From: Coriobacteriales bacterium | GTDB lineage: Bacteria; Actinomycetota; Coriobacteriia; Coriobacteriales; CADBOM01 | Reading direction: 5' to 3' | Assembly (NCBI GenBank): GCA_963665595.2 | Contig: CAXXJK010000009.1 | Span: 164,289 to 228,288, forward strand | DNA: 64,000 nt | The notes under the pieces: generated by a model | Told to the model about the DNA's origin: nothing | What the model saw: the letters and a program-made list of their open reading frames with translations, nothing else | Databases searched by the model: none | In this document: positions 19,278-28,782 of the stretch, piece by piece | How the letters are laid out: every line of letters begins with the position of its first letter | Numbering within the stretch: the stretch's first letter is position 1 | Position numbers and translations under genes: made by a program

Positions 19278-20885
19278 ATGTCTAATCGATTGAAAGAAGC
19301 TTTTGAAAACGACGAGTTTGTTATTACGTTTGAGTTGATTCCTGGACGTGGCGCGCATGAGATATCCCAAGAGAAAGCTTTACAAGAGGCCGAGCGCATC
19401 TTTCAGACCGGTCGAGTACACGCTGTTTCCATAACGGATAATCCGGGAGGAAACCCTGCAATACTGGCGGACTCCATCGCAGAAGAATTGTATGCGCGGG
19501 GTATTACGCCACTTGTTCACTTTACCTGCAAAGACCGCAATAGAAATCAATGTGCTAGTCAACTCTATTCTTTGGAGCGCAAGGGTATCGAAAATCTTCT
19601 GGTGATGACAGGAGACTATACCTATTCTGGGTGGCAGGGGCGTCCACGCCCCGTGTTTGATCTAGACCCAGTACAACTACTTCAAATGATACGAGACATG
19701 AACGAGGGGCTCACCGTTTCTGGGCCACGTGGCGACTCTCAAGAACAGGCAACTCACTTTCACGCGGGCGCTGTTGTCAGCCCGTTTAAATGGACCGAAG
19801 GAGAGACTCTGACTCAGTATCTCAAACTAGAGAAAAAGATACTTTCCGGTGCACCGTTTGTTGTGTCTCAACTGGGATATGACGCTCGCAAGATGGAAGA
19901 GCTGATGCTCTATCTTAATCAACAGGGTTACAAGATTCCTGTTATAGCAAACATCTACGTTATCTCCGCTGGAACCGCCCGTTTCATGAAAGGTGGAAAT
20001 ATTCCTGGTGGATATATGAGCGATGAATTTCTTGAGATTCTTCAGGAAGAAGCGAAAGCCGAGGATAAGGGCAAAGCGGCGCGTCACCTCAGGGCAGCAA
20101 AGATGATTGCCATTGCGCGCGGGCTTGGTTATGCGGGTATTCATATTGGTGGACTTAATCTGACTGCCGCTGATCTGGTTGAAATCCTTGATAGTTCCGA
20201 TGCAATACAGAGTGATTGGCGGATATGGGCCCAAGAAATTCATTATGGGCAGCCAGATGGATTTTACCTCTACAAGCCTGCGCGAGATGACGCAGGAAAA
20301 ACTACTGGCCTGAATACCACAGAGTTTTCTCCGAGAAATGAGATTCGAAGAGATCGTAAAATTCTCAAGACCTATGGTATGTCGCGCTTTTTTCACTACT
20401 GGGTACTCACAAAAGATGAACGTGGGTTCAAGATTTTGAAAAAGGTAATGGATAGGCGTGAGCGGAAAAAGGGCATTCATCGCCATCATGGGTTAGAACA
20501 TCTGTCAAAAGTTGTCCTCTACGGGTGCATGGATTGCGGCGATTGCGGCCTTGAGCCCGCGATATATACCTGTCCCATGACTCAGTGTCCCAAGTGCCAG
20601 CGAAATGGTCCCTGTGGCGGAAGCATGGACGGCTGGTGCGAGGTATTTCCTCAGGAGAGATTCTGTATCTATTTCAAAGCATATCATCGCCTGAAAAAAT
20701 ACGATGAACTGTATAAGTTGGATTCATTTATAACTCCTCCCAATAACTGGGATTTCTTTGAAACCTCAGCATGGAGTAACTACACACATGAGCGTGACAA
20801 CACGGCACATCGGCAACAATTACCTCCGCAGGGTGAACGTGCAAAAATTGCAGAAATTCTAGATGAAACGATTGACAACGGTTAG
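19278..20885 (+). CDS. metF: Methylenetetrahydrofolate reductase fused to a Cys-rich MetV-like C-terminal domain
   Basis: MTHFR-like N-half (VSITDNPGG, HFTCKDRN, LVMTGD). The C-half is CMDCGDCGLEPAIYTCPMTQCPKCQRNGPCGG. The ATG at 19278 is preceded by GGAGGG. Confidence 0.8.
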   Translation: MSNRLKEAFENDEFVITFELIPGRGAHEISQEKALQEAERIFQTGRVHAVSITDNPGGNPAILADSIAEELYARGITPLVHFTCKDRNRNQCASQLYSLERKGIENLLVMTGDYTYSGWQGRPRPVFDLDPVQLLQMIRDMNEGLTVSGPRGDSQEQATHFHAGAVVSPFKWTEGETLTQYLKLEKKILSGAPFVVSQLGYDARKMEELMLYLNQQGYKIPVIANIYVISAGTARFMKGGNIPGGYMSDEFLEILQEEAKAEDKGKAARHLRAAKMIAIARGLGYAGIHIGGLNLTAADLVEILDSSDAIQSDWRIWAQEIHYGQPDGFYLYKPARDDAGKTTGLNTTEFSPRNEIRRDRKILKTYGMSRFFHYWVLTKDERGFKILKKVMDRRERKKGIHRHHGLEHLSKVVLYGCMDCGDCGLEPAIYTCPMTQCPKCQRNGPCGGSMDGWCEVFPQERFCIYFKAYHRLKKYDELYKLDSFITPPNNWDFFETSAWSNYTHERDNTAHRQQLPPQGERAKIAEILDETIDNG

Positions 20886-20893
20886 GAGATACC

Positions 20894-21700
20894 ATGATTA
20901 TCATTGGAGAAAAAATTAATGGCTTCATCCCTAAAACACTTGCGGCTATCGAAGCACGAGACGAAGATTATATTCGAGAAATTGCAAACGGCCAGGTTGC
21001 AGGAGGAGCTGATTTTCTAGACATATGTGCGGGCACGGCTCCTGATATTGAGCGCGAGACTCTGGAATGGCTGATAGGAATCACCCAAGACACAGTCGAT
21101 ACCCCTCTGTGCATCGACAGCACCGATCCTGAACTGATTGTTGAGATGATGAAGCTTGCCAAAAAGCCGGGCATTGTAAATTCAATATCTCTGGAAGCGG
21201 GAAAATGTGAGACCATTTTTCCTGTAATTGCTGGTACCGACTGGAAGGTTGTTGCGCTTACGTGCGACAACAATGGTATACCCGATGATCCAAAGGTTAA
21301 ATATGAGATAGCTGCCAAAATCATTGCGTTGGCAGCTGAATATGGCATCACGCATGACCGTATATTTATTGATCCGCTCGTTACCACTCTGGCGACCAAA
21401 GAGGACTCCCTGATTAATTTCACGGAAGCTATTCGGCTTATCAAAGCAGATTACTCTGAAATTCATTTCACCTCCGGATTGAGCAACATATCGTTTGGCA
21501 TGCCGTATCGCAAAGCAATCAATATGCAATTCCTTGCGTTTTCTATGGCGGCTGGCATGGATAGTGCCATCATGGATCCGATGTCAGCTGATATGCAGGC
21601 AACGCTGCATGCATCTAACGCTTTGCTCGGTAACGACGAATATTGCATGGACTATCTTGAGGCATATCGCGCAGGCCTTTTTGGAGTCAAGCCTAAGTAA
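20894..21700 (+). CDS. Methyltetrahydrofolate:corrinoid methyltransferase (pterin-binding, MtrH/AcsE-like)
   Basis: IIGEKINGF N-terminus, CIDS and SGLSNISFG motifs of the pterin-binding barrel. Confidence 0.8.
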   Translation: MIIIGEKINGFIPKTLAAIEARDEDYIREIANGQVAGGADFLDICAGTAPDIERETLEWLIGITQDTVDTPLCIDSTDPELIVEMMKLAKKPGIVNSISLEAGKCETIFPVIAGTDWKVVALTCDNNGIPDDPKVKYEIAAKIIALAAEYGITHDRIFIDPLVTTLATKEDSLINFTEAIRLIKADYSEIHFTSGLSNISFGMPYRKAINMQFLAFSMAAGMDSAIMDPMSADMQATLHASNALLGNDEYCMDYLEAYRAGLFGVKPK

Positions 21701-21737
21701 TGGTGTTGCTCTTGTTGGGCTTAAAGCATTAACTGCA

Positions 21738-21776
21738 AAATTACCCGCCAAACAGAACGTTTGGCGGGTAATTTTT
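21738..21776. terminator. Bidirectional terminator
   Basis: attacccgccaaa / tttggcgggtaat stem followed by ttttt, between convergent genes. Confidence 0.65.
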
Positions 21777-21805
21777 CTATCGAACTGTAAAGCTATTCAG
21801 ATGTT

Positions 21806-22798
21806 TTAGAACATTTCCTTGCTCATCTGATCGATGCACTCAGACGCATAATCATAAACACCATCATAGGTGCTACCTACTCCGCCTGCTACAAGACAGG
21901 GTATAAATGCTTTCTTACTCTTCCCATATTCGGTGCACGCCTTGCGTACTGCCTGCTCGACCTCTTCTTTCGACCAGTCGGGTTTGTCAACCTTTCCATT
22001 GTCGATACCGCCCATAAAGGTAATCTTGTCACCATAGGTTTCAACTAGAGCAGCAATGTCATTGGTGGTCATGGCACCTTGCCAAACAGTAATTCCCATG
22101 TCGATCATGTAAGGCACGAGGGTTGTTGCAAAGGAGTCGGAATGGTGTACGATCATCGTGGCTCCATGATCGCGCCAGAACCCGTAAATTCTGCGATAGG
22201 GCTCAAGGAAAAACTCTGCAAACATGTCAGGGGATAAGAAGGTCGATATCTGTGTGCCCCAATCGTCGTGATGAAATACTCCTTCTGGCTTCAGGTACGT
22301 GCACCACTGCTCGGCCATTTCGAGCTCTGCTTCAGTTAGATAGTCAATGAGTTCGTGCATTTCGTCCGGATACTCTATAAACGCGATAAGCGCGTTCTTG
22401 ATCTCCATGAGGTAATGGCACTGCTCAAAGAGTCCCGGCGCGATAAAGGCAAGAGGGAACTGTTCGTTCTTGTCAACCTTTTCAAATTCGGCGATGGTTG
22501 ATTCCCAGTCGGCGGGAGTCAGGCTGGCGTAGTCGGGCTTACGCACATAGTCGCGCCAGTGCTCAATATCTTTAATAATGATATGAGCCTCATCATGAAT
22601 AGGAAATGCAGCGGGATTGTCTTCGTCCCAGATTCTTGTAACGCCCCATTCGTCGACAACGGGTCCTCCACCACGTGTACAGCGGGCTGTGTGGAATGGA
22701 TTGGCCCGAATGGTCGCAAAAGCTTCAAACTGATTGACAAAGCGATCCGGGTTTCCCCCTCGTATGGTTTCGAGCACGTTTTCCTTTTTGGTGAGCAT
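21806..22798 (-). CDS. URO-D-family methyltransferase (candidate substrate:corrinoid methyltransferase, MT1)
   Basis: Uroporphyrinogen-decarboxylase-like length and motifs (HHDDWGTQ...). Paralogous to the ORF at 23238-24194. Confidence 0.7.
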   Translation of the reverse strand: MLTKKENVLETIRGGNPDRFVNQFEAFATIRANPFHTARCTRGGGPVVDEWGVTRIWDEDNPAAFPIHDEAHIIIKDIEHWRDYVRKPDYASLTPADWESTIAEFEKVDKNEQFPLAFIAPGLFEQCHYLMEIKNALIAFIEYPDEMHELIDYLTEAELEMAEQWCTYLKPEGVFHHDDWGTQISTFLSPDMFAEFFLEPYRRIYGFWRDHGATMIVHHSDSFATTLVPYMIDMGITVWQGAMTTNDIAALVETYGDKITFMGGIDNGKVDKPDWSKEEVEQAVRKACTEYGKSKKAFIPCLVAGGVGSTYDGVYDYASECIDQMSKEMF

Positions 22799-23237
22799 TG
22801 CGCGGTACCTCCTGATCCTTGACTTCTATTCTTCTGTATATCCAATAGATAACATCATGGTAGTGATTCACATTTGGTTCCTACGGAAAGAAGAGCCTAG
22901 GCCGACAGTTTAGTGAAGCGGCAGTTATCTTTGCGCCGAGGTAAACAGCGGTATGCAGGTTCATCTCACTAATATCATATTTTAGCACCATACCAGTAAA
23001 GGAAAAGTGCCGGATCTAACTTAGATCGGCAAGAGTTTTATTTATCGTTTACGCTGATGAGTCATGTGTATAGCTAAAGGCAGAACAATTCGTTGTTACT
23101 TGCCGTATTGCATCTAGAGCAGCTAACAATGTGCCTCTAGTTTTTATTCAGGATTTCGTTTAACATAAATTTTGAGTTAATAGAGAAGTCGATAGTTTTG
23201 ATGTTTCAATAATTAAACCTCAAAGCAAAGGATCGCC

Positions 23238-24194
23238 ATGTCTAGACAATCACTCTTAAATTTTCTTACCGGTGCATCAGATTCATATGAAAAACTCGAA
23301 GGGCTTACACTAACCGGCGGCGGTGGAGATTTTCAGATGCTGTTTTCGCCTATATGCGAGCGGCCTCTTTTTTCGTCCGGATATGACGTATTTGGCGTTC
23401 ATTGGACGCAAGCGAAGCCCACTTCGCACTATACGCAAGGGCAAAAACCAATCTTGAGCACTATTGATAATTGGCGCAATGAAGTGCGGTTTCCTCAGGT
23501 GGATCGTTTTGATTGGGACTATGTGACCAATCAGGCGAAAGATTTTGATAGAGAGACCAACGTCGTTACATGCACGCTGGCTATTGGGCCTTTTGAGCGC
23601 ACGACATCGCTTTCCTCGTTTGAAGACTGTCTGGTAAATGCTATCAGCGAACCTGAAGAGTACGCAGACCTCATTGGTGCCATAGCAGACTATAAGATTG
23701 AGGTCATCAGGTATCTGTATGCCTGCGCACATCCGGATGTCATCAATCTGCACGATGATTGGGGCACTTCTATCAGTACTTTTTTTGATCCGGAATTGTG
23801 GCGCGCGACCATTAAGCTTCACACAAAGCGTATGTATGACGCTATTCATGAGTTAGGGATGATTGCCGGGCAGCACTCCTGCGGACACGTCAGCCCTCTG
23901 ATCGAAGATATGATTGAGATTGGCTGCGATGTATGGGAGGCTCAGGCCAACTGTAATGATGCAGCTGGGCTGCGTGCAAAATACGGTAATCAGATTCGCA
24001 TTATTTCGCCACCTGCGCCGAAAGGTGATGAGGTAGGGGAGATAGAAGACTCGCGTATCACACGCAATCCTCGAGCATTTGAGATGCCCGAGGGGGATTC
24101 TGACGAAAACGCTCAGCCTGCTGTTCCCGATCCAGATTCTATCCCCATGAACTACCGGCCCTACCATGAGGTACCCGAGTTTTTGTATAAGTAG
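23238..24194 (+). CDS. URO-D-family methyltransferase paralog (second candidate MT1)
   Basis: Shares LHDDWGTSISTFFDPELW and HSCGHV-type blocks with the 21806-22798 product. The acidic C-terminal tail is unique to this copy. Confidence 0.65.
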   Translation: MSRQSLLNFLTGASDSYEKLEGLTLTGGGGDFQMLFSPICERPLFSSGYDVFGVHWTQAKPTSHYTQGQKPILSTIDNWRNEVRFPQVDRFDWDYVTNQAKDFDRETNVVTCTLAIGPFERTTSLSSFEDCLVNAISEPEEYADLIGAIADYKIEVIRYLYACAHPDVINLHDDWGTSISTFFDPELWRATIKLHTKRMYDAIHELGMIAGQHSCGHVSPLIEDMIEIGCDVWEAQANCNDAAGLRAKYGNQIRIISPPAPKGDEVGEIEDSRITRNPRAFEMPEGDSDENAQPAVPDPDSIPMNYRPYHEVPEFLYK

Positions 24195-24248
24195 ACGCGC
24201 AATAGTGCGTATTAGCACTTACTAGAATGTTTGTTCAATCCATAAAGC

Positions 24249-24288
24249 CTAGCGAGGCAGGGATCCAAGAGAATCTCTGCCTCGCTAG
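24249..24288. terminator. Hairpin terminator between convergent genes
   Basis: 12-bp stem ctagcgaggcag / ctgcctcgctag. Confidence 0.55.
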
Positions 24289-24324
24289 ATTAAAAGTATA
24301 ATAAATAATTTATATTTACAATAC

Positions 24325-24648
24325 TTATGAGGTAAATTTAACGGCAGTCCCATAGGCCACAACGGATTGCATGTCAGTACCGATAGAACCCGAATCAAAA
24401 CGCATCATGACTACGGCATCAGCGCCAACCTGTACTGCATCTTCGCGCAGACGCTGAATGGCCACTTCACGCGATTCGTGAAGCATGGCGGTGTAGGCCT
24501 TGATTTCTCCGCCCACAAGATTTTTAAAGCCAGCCCCGACGTTGCTGAAGACATTCTTTGATTGAGTGGTTACACCAAAGACTTCGCCGATTACTTCATA
24601 TTCGCGTCCCGGTATGCGCTCCGTTGTAGAAATAAGTATGTCTGCCAT
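24325..24648 (-). CDS. YbjQ/UPF0145-family protein
   Basis: The pattern [25 protein letters not shown]...GGE...Y is typical of the YbjQ family. The ATG at 24648 is preferred. Confidence 0.75.
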   Translation of the reverse strand: MADILISTTERIPGREYEVIGEVFGVTTQSKNVFSNVGAGFKNLVGGEIKAYTAMLHESREVAIQRLREDAVQVGADAVVMMRFDSGSIGTDMQSVVAYGTAVKFTS

Positions 24649-24832
24649 GATAGTTCCTTTCTGATTGTTGTTAAAAGCGCTTAATGTAAGCATGGTAGGG
24701 TGGGGATGTAATACGCTTTCTCGTATGTTTTAGTAGTGGCATCTCCCTTGTACACCTGTCGCCTTAGTATACCATTTTGATAACCAATATTTTTCAGGCC
24801 GTTGTTCTATCTCATCAGGTTACTAGTGAAAT

Positions 24833-24861
24833 TTGACAGAAATAGATTGTATACCTAAACT
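24833..24861 (+). promoter_or_regulatory. Candidate sigma-70 promoter
   Basis: TTGACA, a 17-nt spacer, then TAAACT, upstream of the 25025 gene. Confidence 0.35.
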
Positions 24862-25024
24862 TATTTTTGCATAACAAATTCTATGTTTAGAATAGTGTCG
24901 CTGGCGTTGTGTTAGAGAATTCAGCGCAAGAGAACATCACACTTGAACGTTTGAATTAACTAGTGCCTGAGGATATTGTGTTTGCGTAGATCAATCCGTT
25001 ATCTTCATAAGAGGGGAAGAAACC

Positions 25025-25927
25025 ATGAGCGATGAAACGTATGGGGAATCAAGCAGTGAAGAAAACCTATCCGAGCCTTCTGACGTGGTAATAGAGAAGA
25101 TAGACGAGACTCTCGCTCCTGAGGTACTCTCATATCAACCCGTAAAAAAACCAAACGGCACGGTTCTTACCGTAACCGGTATTGCTTTGATTGTCTTGTC
25201 TCTGATATCTTGTGGATTAAGCATTGCGGGATTTGTCTCATATGCTGTATGGCTCGTATCTTATGTAGGCGTAAGCGGCGCCAGTTCAGACGCTAGCAAT
25301 GTCTTCTCAGCGGGAGTGTTAAATCCCATTATCTCTATCTTGTTCATAATTGTCTTTGTTATATGTGGTGTAACGATGTTGGGGAATGCGTCTCTTCTCA
25401 GAAAAAATAACGTGAAGAGTAAAAGCTTTACTCTTGTGGGCATTGCGGATTTCGTTGTTGCTTTTGCAACATTCATGTCTGTTGTGGGAAGCATGCTCTC
25501 TCTGCGTTATTTGACTATGATTACGGGAAACTTGTCGGTGAGTAATCTTAGTCAGGCTACTCTCGTTATTAGCATTTCTCATATGGTCATCATGACCGTG
25601 GCGGGGGTGCTTTACATATCTTCTGGCGTTATTGAGCGGAAAATTACCAAAACAAAGACCTTACTTGTTAAGGCGGGTATTTTTTTGATTATAAGTTCGA
25701 TAATAATGCCGTTACTTTCACTGGTTGTTCAGGTTGCAATGGCATACATCTTTCTGGGGATGGCCTCCTCGTCGTTAATGGCTGTAGCCGCTCAAATATC
25801 CGGATATTGCGTCAGCATCCTTGGTGCTCTTATGTTCTTAATTGCAAGAAGTATCAGGGCGTGCGCGCTTATGAAAGCAAATAAGAGCTTTGATAATCTC
25901 ATGGAAAGCTCTGAGCATAATAATTAA
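25025..25927 (+). CDS. Polytopic membrane protein of unknown function with an acidic N-terminus
   Basis: About seven hydrophobic helices. No recognisable motif. Confidence 0.5.
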   Translation: MSDETYGESSSEENLSEPSDVVIEKIDETLAPEVLSYQPVKKPNGTVLTVTGIALIVLSLISCGLSIAGFVSYAVWLVSYVGVSGASSDASNVFSAGVLNPIISILFIIVFVICGVTMLGNASLLRKNNVKSKSFTLVGIADFVVAFATFMSVVGSMLSLRYLTMITGNLSVSNLSQATLVISISHMVIMTVAGVLYISSGVIERKITKTKTLLVKAGIFLIISSIIMPLLSLVVQVAMAYIFLGMASSSLMAVAAQISGYCVSILGALMFLIARSIRACALMKANKSFDNLMESSEHNN

Positions 25928-26102
25928 TTTCAAAATAGTTCTTTTGGGGTTTTTCTGACAACTCTTGAGTGCTATCGTTACCAATAAGGGTTTATCTCAA
26001 GTTAAGAAGCTCTTTAATGGGTGGACCAGTCTTTCATTTGCTACTTCCTTATTGACAAAGAATCTTCTAAAGACAGCGCGGCATTATAAGGAGCATAAGG
26101 AT

Positions 26103-28238
26103 ATGAATTGCGAAACGTGTGGAACTGAATTACCTGACGATGCCGTGTCGTGCCCGAAGTGCGACACTACGCATGAAACCAAACAGGAGACACCCCTCAA
26201 AGAGGACACTCCTCAGAAGAATTCATTTGTTCTTCCCAGCGATGTAAAACGTGCTAAACGCGGAGACAAACAAGCATTTGAAAACCTGTACCGTGTTTCT
26301 CATGATCAGGCATTTTTTGTGGCGAGACGACTGGTCGATAGCGATGAGGCAGCCACTGATGTACTTAAGGATGCCTACGCAAGAGCCTTCATAACTATAA
26401 AGAAACTTAATAACCCTGAAGGTTTTCAGGGTTGGTTTAATCGTATTGTCGCCAATGTTTCCTACGATCACCTGCGCCAAAAAGACCCTCATGTTTTTTC
26501 AACCCCTACCGAGCAAGACAAAGACGAGATTGATTTTACTGATGAGGATCTTTCAGTAAATCCTGAGAGTACGCTCGACAAAGAAGCGGTTGGACAAATA
26601 GTCCGCGAATTGTTCGATAGCCTTTCCGCAGATCAGCGTATCTGCATGATGTCTTACTATTTCAATGCTATGAGCATACATGACATAGCCTCTTCTTTTA
26701 ACTGTTCTGAAAACACTGTGAAAGCAAGCTTATCGGGTGCAAGAAAAAAGATTGAAGCCGAAATCAAAAAACGTGAAAACGAGAAGGACGGCGAGCTCTT
26801 TGGCGCTACCCCCTTTCCCTTGTTTGTCTCCATGCTTAAAAGTGAGGGAGATACTTCAAGCGCACCAGTTACAGCATCAGCCGTTATCGAAGGCGTTACT
26901 GCCTCAGGTGTTCTTACGACTACCAAAGGTGGCTTGACGAGATGGGTACGTTCGCACGTTGGTGCCTCGATAGCGATAGGTGTTGCCATCGTGGCTATCA
27001 TCTGCGGTGTTGCTCTGGGCGCAAACGCGCTTATTACTGCGGCGAATGAAGTGGTGCCCGAGCCACAAGTAGTTTCTGATATGCAGGGCGCAGATATTGC
27101 CTCCGTAGCAGGTGCCACCCTTTCTTATGTTAACAATGACGCCTATACCATAGTGTCTGTCGCCGACATCTCTGAGCAGCGTGATAAAACGGTACCGAAT
27201 ACCGTAAACGGTACGTGCAAGGTAACATTAGAAAATACTCCTTCTCAGGTGATTGCTGATGTGTCTTTTACCTACAAAAAAGAGGGCAATACATGGAATC
27301 TTACTAATTGGGAGATGACGGGCAAGCAGGTGACAGCTAGGTGCGGCGTTGACTCTTCTAAAGTTATTGCCAGCCTCTCTTATCTCATGGCCGCTGCTGA
27401 TGCGACTGCAAAAAGTGATACCTCGCTAATCTCGATCTATGGTGTTACTGGCGTTACTCTTCTTGCCAACAATACCACTAAAGATGGCGGGAGCGTTACC
27501 TTCAACCTAGCCATAGATGATGCGAAACATTCGGCTTCAGGTACTCTAACGGTTGGGTTTACCTTTGAAAGTGGCGACTGGAAGGCTGCCCCAGTGGCGA
27601 GCTCTTCTGCCTATACGATTACCTACAAGACCAAGATGGTGTGGATACTCACCAGCGTGCAGTATACTTTTTCCATTTTCGTCGACTATAACAACTTTGT
27701 ATATGACACAGACGGACAACTTATCTCCAGAAAATGGATTGGTGAGGACGGGGACTCTTCGACCTATGTATGCCAAAACGGGATGGTAACTTCTGAGACC
27801 GTATACCCAGTTGTGTCCACGGGGACTTTTACTTGTGCTTACACCTACGATGCTCATGGTCTGTGCACAGGAAGAAAGATTATCTCAGATAGTACGGGCA
27901 TGTCGTCAGCAATCAACCGTTCCCTTGTGGCGACATATGATTCCTCCGGAAATCTTTTAAAATATGTTGATAGTTATAAGATAAACGAATCAAGTGTTTC
28001 GCGGACCAACACGTTTAGCTATTCGGGAAACCGTCTCGTGAGTTCTTCTCTTACCGGCACCTCTTTAACGCTGCGTTCATATGTTTACACCTATGATGCA
28101 AACGGTAACGTAGCAACAGCGACAACGAATGACATGAAAATTGTATTCACCTGGAAACAGATTGAGATACCTTCAGACGTGAGCGCGTTCAATGGTATGA
28201 ACATCGTTTGGAACATATTGTGGGATCCTGTAAGGTAA
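26103..28238 (+). CDS. Membrane-anchored sigma-70/ECF-like factor: zinc ribbon, sigma regions 2 and 4, one TM helix, extracytoplasmic YD-repeat-like domain
   Basis: The ATG at 26103 follows AAGGAG. Zinc ribbon CETCG...CPKCD. Region 2 is FENLYR...DAYARAF...GWFNRIV. Region 4 HTH is MSIHDIASSFNCSENTVKASLSGARKK. The TM helix is ASIAIGVAIVAIICGVALGA. The C-terminus carries YTYDAHG, ATYDSSGN and YTYDANGN. Confidence 0.75.
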   Translation: MNCETCGTELPDDAVSCPKCDTTHETKQETPLKEDTPQKNSFVLPSDVKRAKRGDKQAFENLYRVSHDQAFFVARRLVDSDEAATDVLKDAYARAFITIKKLNNPEGFQGWFNRIVANVSYDHLRQKDPHVFSTPTEQDKDEIDFTDEDLSVNPESTLDKEAVGQIVRELFDSLSADQRICMMSYYFNAMSIHDIASSFNCSENTVKASLSGARKKIEAEIKKRENEKDGELFGATPFPLFVSMLKSEGDTSSAPVTASAVIEGVTASGVLTTTKGGLTRWVRSHVGASIAIGVAIVAIICGVALGANALITAANEVVPEPQVVSDMQGADIASVAGATLSYVNNDAYTIVSVADISEQRDKTVPNTVNGTCKVTLENTPSQVIADVSFTYKKEGNTWNLTNWEMTGKQVTARCGVDSSKVIASLSYLMAAADATAKSDTSLISIYGVTGVTLLANNTTKDGGSVTFNLAIDDAKHSASGTLTVGFTFESGDWKAAPVASSSAYTITYKTKMVWILTSVQYTFSIFVDYNNFVYDTDGQLISRKWIGEDGDSSTYVCQNGMVTSETVYPVVSTGTFTCAYTYDAHGLCTGRKIISDSTGMSSAINRSLVATYDSSGNLLKYVDSYKINESSVSRTNTFSYSGNRLVSSSLTGTSLTLRSYVYTYDANGNVATATTNDMKIVFTWKQIEIPSDVSAFNGMNIVWNILWDPVR

Positions 28239-28455
28239 GCCGCGAATGGGGCAGGAGTCTCTGATAATCTGTTATGACACGGAGAGTGGATTCCTAAGCC
28301 GAACAATTGTATATAAAGATATTGTTTGAATGAGACGACTAAGGACTTATCCTATCTACTTACGAGCTTCTAAAAAAATTTCATATTGACAGTTTTCGAT
28401 TTGGCAAATGTGGGTATACTGGTCATATCGATGTTCTTTGATTTGAGGTGTCAAT

Positions 28456-28782
28456 ATGGAGAACTATGCGGCATACGCGCAAGTGTTTAAAGCGCTGAGT
28501 GACCCCAAAAGGGCAATGATTGTGGATATGCTTTCTTGTGGGGAACTTTGTGCCTGTATGATTTTAGAAAACTTTCAAATGTCTCAATCCACTCTATCTC
28601 ACCACATGAAGCTCCTATGCGAATGTGAAATTGTTGAGGGCAGAGAACAAGGTAAGTGGACGTACTATTCACTGAATGAGGAAACAGTCTACAAAATAAA
28701 GAACTATTTTGATGCTATTACATCCGATAAGAAGGGTCGCGTCTGTAAGGAAAGCGCAGACTGCCGTAGAGGATGTGATTAA
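28456..28782 (+). CDS. ArsR/SmtB-family metalloregulator
   Basis: Metal-site-like ELCACMI, HTH STLSHHMKLL, and extra C-terminal cysteines CKESADCRRGC. Confidence 0.85.
   Translation: MENYAAYAQVFKALSDPKRAMIVDMLSCGELCACMILENFQMSQSTLSHHMKLLCECEIVEGREQGKWTYYSLNEETVYKIKNYFDAITSDKKGRVCKESADCRRGCD

Noticed and set aside
22850-23237. Possible cobalamin riboswitch in the long divergent intergenic region of the corrinoid cluster. On the minus strand, gatgaacctgcatacc vaguely resembles a B12 box.
   Set aside because: The other conserved elements (GGGAA, GGTGAAAnTCC, CCCGC-ACTG) were not found on either strand. An Infernal scan with RF00174 would settle it.
28386-28420. TTGACA ... TATACT as the arsR promoter
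   Set aside because: The spacer is 23 nt, too long for a canonical sigma-70 promoter. It is kept only as a remark under the operator finding.
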